11,543 bases of DNA from Nanobdellota archaeon. Its GTDB lineage: Archaea > Nanobdellota > Nanobdellia > Woesearchaeales > JAHWHD01. The notes under the pieces were generated by a model. That model was not told the DNA's origin and did not search any database. It saw nothing but the letters and a program-made list of their open reading frames with translations. Made by a program: the position numbers and the translations under genes. Where the stretch lies: contig JAYENX010000037.1 in assembly GCA_034722435.1 (NCBI GenBank), positions 1-11,543 on the forward strand, written 5' to 3'. Shown in pieces: positions 7,800 to 11,543 of this stretch (the first letter of the stretch is position 1; each line of letters begins with the position of its first letter).

Positions 7800-8747
7800 A
7801 TGGTTGAATATAGAAAATTAATAAGTTTTGGAAAATCGTCATATGTGATTTCATTACCTAAAGCATGGGTACTAAAAAATAAACTTGAGAAAGGAAGTTT
7901 AATTGCTGTCACAGAAACTACTGAGAACTTACTTCTTAGTCCTAAGCTTGATTTAGATAAACGTGAATCTAAGAAAATAATTATTAACGTGGATAATAAA
8001 GATTTTAGACGTATTAAAAGAGAGATAATCGCTGCATATATAAATAACAATCAGACGATAATCTTGACTGGGAAAGAGTTAAAGAATAAATCTGCAGACT
8101 TAAGAGGTATACTTCATAACATTATGGCCTTGGAAATCATGGAACAGACCTCTGACAGAGTCGTAGCAAAAGATTTCCTTAATATGAAAAAACTACAATT
8201 TAGTAGTTTAATTCGTAAGATGGATGTTATGTTGCGATCTATGTTATCTGATACCAAGATTTGTTTTAAGGAGGATGTTTATGACCATATCAGGCAAAGA
8301 GAGGCGGATGTTGACAGGCTTGCTTTCTTAATATATCGAATGGTCAAGTTCTCTTTGATGAATCCATCAGAGGTCCGTGATTTGCATGTAACTCCTAACG
8401 ACCTTCTCAATTATTGGTGGATGGCCAATAATCTTGAGAAAGCTACTGATAAGATTAAACATCTTGCTAAGCACATCACCGATATTAAGGTTGGTCCTAA
8501 AATTCAATCTCAACTCGTTGAGTTCTTGACAATTTTAGAGGGAAATCTTTCAATGACTATGAAGGCTTATTACTCTAATAACAAGGAATTGGCTTTTAAG
8601 GCAGCCAATGAAAAGGAGCCGTTAATTAAGGGTTGCGTAGCTTTTGTTGAGAAAAACTGGAAAATACAATATTTACCAGAACTTCTTGAACATATTAAAG
8701 AGACTGCTATTGCAATACACAATATTGGAAGAACTGTTTATTCTTGA
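7800..8747 (+). CDS. Archaeal AbrB/SpoVT DNA-binding plus PhoU-like domain regulator (phosphate uptake regulator family), 315 aa
   Basis: N-terminal RKLISFGKSSYVISLPKAWV...LEKGS is the AbrB-type signature. IIAAYINN, READVDRLAFL and NLEKATDK are PhoU-like helices. G-rich SD at about 7786-7792. Confidence 0.87.
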   Translation: MVEYRKLISFGKSSYVISLPKAWVLKNKLEKGSLIAVTETTENLLLSPKLDLDKRESKKIIINVDNKDFRRIKREIIAAYINNNQTIILTGKELKNKSADLRGILHNIMALEIMEQTSDRVVAKDFLNMKKLQFSSLIRKMDVMLRSMLSDTKICFKEDVYDHIRQREADVDRLAFLIYRMVKFSLMNPSEVRDLHVTPNDLLNYWWMANNLEKATDKIKHLAKHITDIKVGPKIQSQLVEFLTILEGNLSMTMKAYYSNNKELAFKAANEKEPLIKGCVAFVEKNWKIQYLPELLEHIKETAIAIHNIGRTVYS

Positions 8748-8760
8748 TTTTTCTTTTTTT
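8748..8760 (+). terminator. Oligo-T terminator candidate after the PhoU-like gene
   Basis: TTTTTCTTTTTTT immediately after the TGA at 8745-8747. Confidence 0.55.
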
Positions 8761-8783
8761 CTTACTTTATGATAGTTAATTTG

Positions 8784-8797
8784 GAAACCTTTATAAA
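8784..8797 (+). promoter_or_regulatory. Putative BRE-TATA promoter of the kinase-PHP unit (GAAACCTTTATAAA)
   Basis: Matches the window-wide consensus. SD GGGTGA at 8820-8825 precedes the TTG at 8833 by 7 nt. Confidence 0.6.
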
Positions 8798-8832
8798 TGC
8801 CTCGTGGATATCTAGAATAGGGTGACATTTAT

Positions 8833-10449
8833 TTGAAATTCGAGGATTCAAAGACATTAAACAATCCTAATTATTGGAAAAAAACTTTAAATCTGGATAG
8901 TTTGCCAAATATAAAATCCAGTAAATTGTCAGGGCTGCAGACTTCTTTACGTTCTGGAGTATACAGAGTTGATCTTGAATATCTCGTTGCGACAAATAAT
9001 CCTTCTGATAAATCTGAAAAATTTGTGAAATCTGTAGTTGTTAAGATTATGGGTAAGAGTAAGCATAATCTTGGTATAGACCGTAAAAGTTATAGATCGC
9101 AAAACCCTGCAGATTATGCGAAAAAACCTTATGATATTCTTAGCAAGAGATTGCTTGCAGTTCCACAGCTTCTTGATTATAATCCGCGAGAAGGATTTTT
9201 AGTTTTAGAACATTTGCCTGGACCTGTGACTGATGAAGCTTTTGAGGGTCCAACTGCTGACATTGAACTATCTTTAATCAATTCTAGAATGCATACTCTT
9301 GAGAACATAATTGATAAGTCGTCTGTTGTAAATATTAAATCTGTAACTGAACTTGAAAAACTCCAAGATTGGAAAGCATACATAATCAAAGGCTGCTTAG
9401 CAAACATTGCGGATGTTCATGTATATGCGACTGACTCATTAGAAGATTTTACAGATGCTGCCGGGAACATCCGATTAAGGCGACCAAGAATCTCACAATA
9501 TGGGAAAGGTAGATCTGCAACAAATCTCGGTAAGTCTCCGTGTTCAAATGAAGACGCTCTTGACTCGTTTAAGAATATGCATGATTCTTTTAGGTGGATA
9601 ATTGCACGTGAAATTATGAATGCAAAAATGATAAATCAAGAAGCTGCGCAACATTATAAATTAGATCATGATTCTACTGGCGATTTAGGACTATTTTTAG
9701 ATTCAATTCTGGGACGATTCAAATCTTTGGATGATATGGTTGTTGACGCAGGAGATAATTATCCTCACCATTTTTCGCGTAACGTAATTAAATGTGCACA
9801 ACGAAAAAAAGATATTGAAAAAACTTTTTTGCTTGACTGGGATAGAATTATGTACAGGAAACGTGCTCTAGGTTTGATGCAGTTTCTTTGTTCTCCTGTA
9901 CTTGAACTTGATGGTTCGGAAATTGTAAAATATGTCAAAGAATATCAGTCAATGACTGAAGCTCGTGTTAAAACTCTTAAACCCGCTCGTAGAAAAAAGT
10001 TAAAACCAATTTTCGAGAACTCTGCTGAATTTTTTAAAGATGCCATGCTTCTAGGAATATATGAGGCTGGATTTCATGGGCCCGCTCTTGGATGTCGTCA
10101 CGAGATATATCATTTGAGAAGTTATAGGAAACTTCTTAAAAGAAAAAAGATGATCCTTCCTATCAAGTTACAATATTCTGGAGACGGAACTGCTAAATTG
10201 GTTAATCCTGAATTTATTTCAAAGAAGGGTTTAAGTGACTCAAATACTAATGTTAAGACAAACTTTCGTTATGATTGTTATGCTAATAAATTTTTACTCG
10301 GAGGATATCGTGCTGTTGCCACCTCATTATATAATGTGGTGATGGACCACTCTAATTTCATTTCTGAACAGGGGGAGCTTGCAGCTCTATACGATTTTAT
10401 GAAGAATCATAAGGTGAAAGGGGTGTCTGTATCTATTTTTGAAAAATGA
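8833..10449 (+). CDS. Atypical protein-kinase-like (APH/choline-kinase/CAK fold) phosphotransferase-like protein, 538 aa, TTG start
   Basis: SLRSGVYRV (N-lobe), VVVK71I, AVPQLLDYNPREGFLVLEHLPG (strongly APH/AmgK-like), LANIADVH, catalytic-loop-like DAGD308NYPHH and metal-binding LLD335WD. The next in-frame ATG (M73) would remove the N-lobe start, which supports the TTG. Confidence 0.72.
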   Translation: MKFEDSKTLNNPNYWKKTLNLDSLPNIKSSKLSGLQTSLRSGVYRVDLEYLVATNNPSDKSEKFVKSVVVKIMGKSKHNLGIDRKSYRSQNPADYAKKPYDILSKRLLAVPQLLDYNPREGFLVLEHLPGPVTDEAFEGPTADIELSLINSRMHTLENIIDKSSVVNIKSVTELEKLQDWKAYIIKGCLANIADVHVYATDSLEDFTDAAGNIRLRRPRISQYGKGRSATNLGKSPCSNEDALDSFKNMHDSFRWIIAREIMNAKMINQEAAQHYKLDHDSTGDLGLFLDSILGRFKSLDDMVVDAGDNYPHHFSRNVIKCAQRKKDIEKTFLLDWDRIMYRKRALGLMQFLCSPVLELDGSEIVKYVKEYQSMTEARVKTLKPARRKKLKPIFENSAEFFKDAMLLGIYEAGFHGPALGCRHEIYHLRSYRKLLKRKKMILPIKLQYSGDGTAKLVNPEFISKKGLSDSNTNVKTNFRYDCYANKFLLGGYRAVATSLYNVVMDHSNFISEQGELAALYDFMKNHKVKGVSVSIFEK

Positions 10450-11426
10450 AACCTAAACTATACGCAACACATGTGCATACCACACATTCAGATGGCCTAG
10501 CTTTTCCTAAAGACATTGCTAAAATTATAAAACAATCTAAAGAATTTGAAGGCGTTATCACCTCTGATCATGATACTCTTACATCTATTATCGAAATTGA
10601 GAGCGAATGTAGAAGGGCTGGTGTTATAGGGATTGGAGCTGTTGAGTTTGGTTGCAAATTCGAATCTCGAGATGAAATTCTTGTTGAGGTTTTAGGTATA
10701 GGGGTTAATCCTCAAGACGCTTCCTTAATTGATATTTGTCAAAGAAATGCGGATTTTAGAGAGAATAGGATGTATGAAATGTTAGAACGACTTAATTATA
10801 ATGAAAGTTTAAATGTTAGTATGCAAGACATAAAACGAGTTATGGATGGTGATGTCCCTATAAGTAGAAACCATTTAGCGCAAGTTCTTGTAAAAAAAGG
10901 AAAAGCTGATACTGTTAATACAGCATTTGAACTTTATTTGGAACCAGAACCGTTTTCACCTTACAGTTGTTTTGTCAGGCGTGATGCTGTACCAATCAAA
11001 GAAGTAATTAAGTCTATCATAAAAGCAGGCGGCGTAGTTGATATTGCACACCCTGCAAATATTGCAATGGAACACCCTGATATGCAGAAACCTTACATGG
11101 ATTATCTAATATCTGAAGCTAAAAAAGGACATATACATGCTGTTGATATTTGTTATCCTTACGAATGGCAAGGTAAATTGGGGACTTTGACACAAGGTGC
11201 GGCAAAAGAACATAATAAGAGATGGAAGAATAACTTAGCAAGGCTAAGGAAGGTTTCTTCTATTTATATTGTCGGACTTTCTTCAATTGATTGGCATGGG
11301 AAACCTAAAGGTTTACCCCTTACTTCTATGCAATTCGCAAATACGAGACATACTATAGATAAACTTATCAGATATTGTTCTAAAGCGAAAGAATATAGAA
11401 AACAAATTAAAGAATTAAAAAAATAA
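10446..11426 (+). CDS. PHP-domain metal-dependent phosphoesterase (TrpH/YciV-like subfamily), 326 aa
   Basis: HVHTTHSDG, SDHDT, AVE, SRNHLAQVLV, IAHP and SIDWHG. ATGA overlap with the kinase-like gene. Confidence 0.88.
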   Translation: MKPKLYATHVHTTHSDGLAFPKDIAKIIKQSKEFEGVITSDHDTLTSIIEIESECRRAGVIGIGAVEFGCKFESRDEILVEVLGIGVNPQDASLIDICQRNADFRENRMYEMLERLNYNESLNVSMQDIKRVMDGDVPISRNHLAQVLVKKGKADTVNTAFELYLEPEPFSPYSCFVRRDAVPIKEVIKSIIKAGGVVDIAHPANIAMEHPDMQKPYMDYLISEAKKGHIHAVDICYPYEWQGKLGTLTQGAAKEHNKRWKNNLARLRKVSSIYIVGLSSIDWHGKPKGLPLTSMQFANTRHTIDKLIRYCSKAKEYRKQIKELKK

Positions 11427-11441
11427 ATAAATTAAAAAATT

Positions 11442-11543
11442 CTATTCAAGTCCACTTATGACTGGAGCTCTGTTAACGTCTTTAACAGTTACAGATATTG
11501 TTTGACTATCTTCTGCACCCATTACATCTGATACAGTTACTGT
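11442..11543 (-). CDS. C-terminal end of an Ig/cadherin-like surface-type protein, truncated by the window edge (...TVTVSDVMGAEDSQTISVTVKDVNRAPVISGLE*)
   Basis: Open frame to TAG at 11442-11444. TVTVSD-x5-SQTISVTVxDVNRAPVI is the usual F-G strand plus linker signature of cadherin-like/Big repeats. Confidence 0.7.
   Translation of the reverse strand, partial: TVTVSDVMGAEDSQTISVTVKDVNRAPVISGLE

Noticed and set aside
7688-8050. 120-aa minus-strand ORF
   Set aside because: Antisense to the AbrB-PhoU gene and runs through the AT-rich promoter region. No SD or motif.
9177-9407. 76-aa minus-strand ORF
   Set aside because: Antisense shadow within the kinase-like gene.
8833-11426. Kinase-PHP pair as a recently inserted mobile island
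   Set aside because: No integrase, transposase, tRNA, flanking direct repeat or obvious GC shift is visible, and its promoter matches the host consensus. Codon-usage statistics would be needed to revisit this.
11461-11543. Apparent frameshift in the terminal Ig-like fragment
   Set aside because: Re-reading the bases shows one continuous frame from 11543 to the TAG at 11442.

Overview
AT-rich, gene-dense archaeal chromosomal segment, most consistent with a DPANN lineage such as Woesearchaeota/Nanobdellota. Evidence: archaeal/eukaryote-type ribosomal protein eS1, an AbrB-PhoU regulator, BRE-TATA promoters and GG(G/A)GGTGA-type Shine-Dalgarno sites; the lineage call is inference. Housekeeping genes are argS, rps3ae and a bacterial-type gyrB with no gyrA in the window. 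Other readable genes: DUF1653, a stand-alone B3/4 editing-domain protein coupled to a membrane metal-dependent hydrolase, an HPF/RaiA-like small protein, an AbrB-PhoU regulator, and the end of an Ig/cadherin-like protein. Four small genes (57, 56, 50 and 44 aa) fall below the ORF-track cutoff; three have a clear SD and the fourth overlaps the stop of its upstream gene. The most unusual locus is a translationally coupled pair at 8833-11426: an APH/CAK-fold kinase-like protein and a TrpH/YciV-type PHP phosphoesterase, both with substituted active-site residues. I see no rRNA, tRNA, CRISPR array, intein or mobile element. All family calls come from motif recognition by eye, not database searches.
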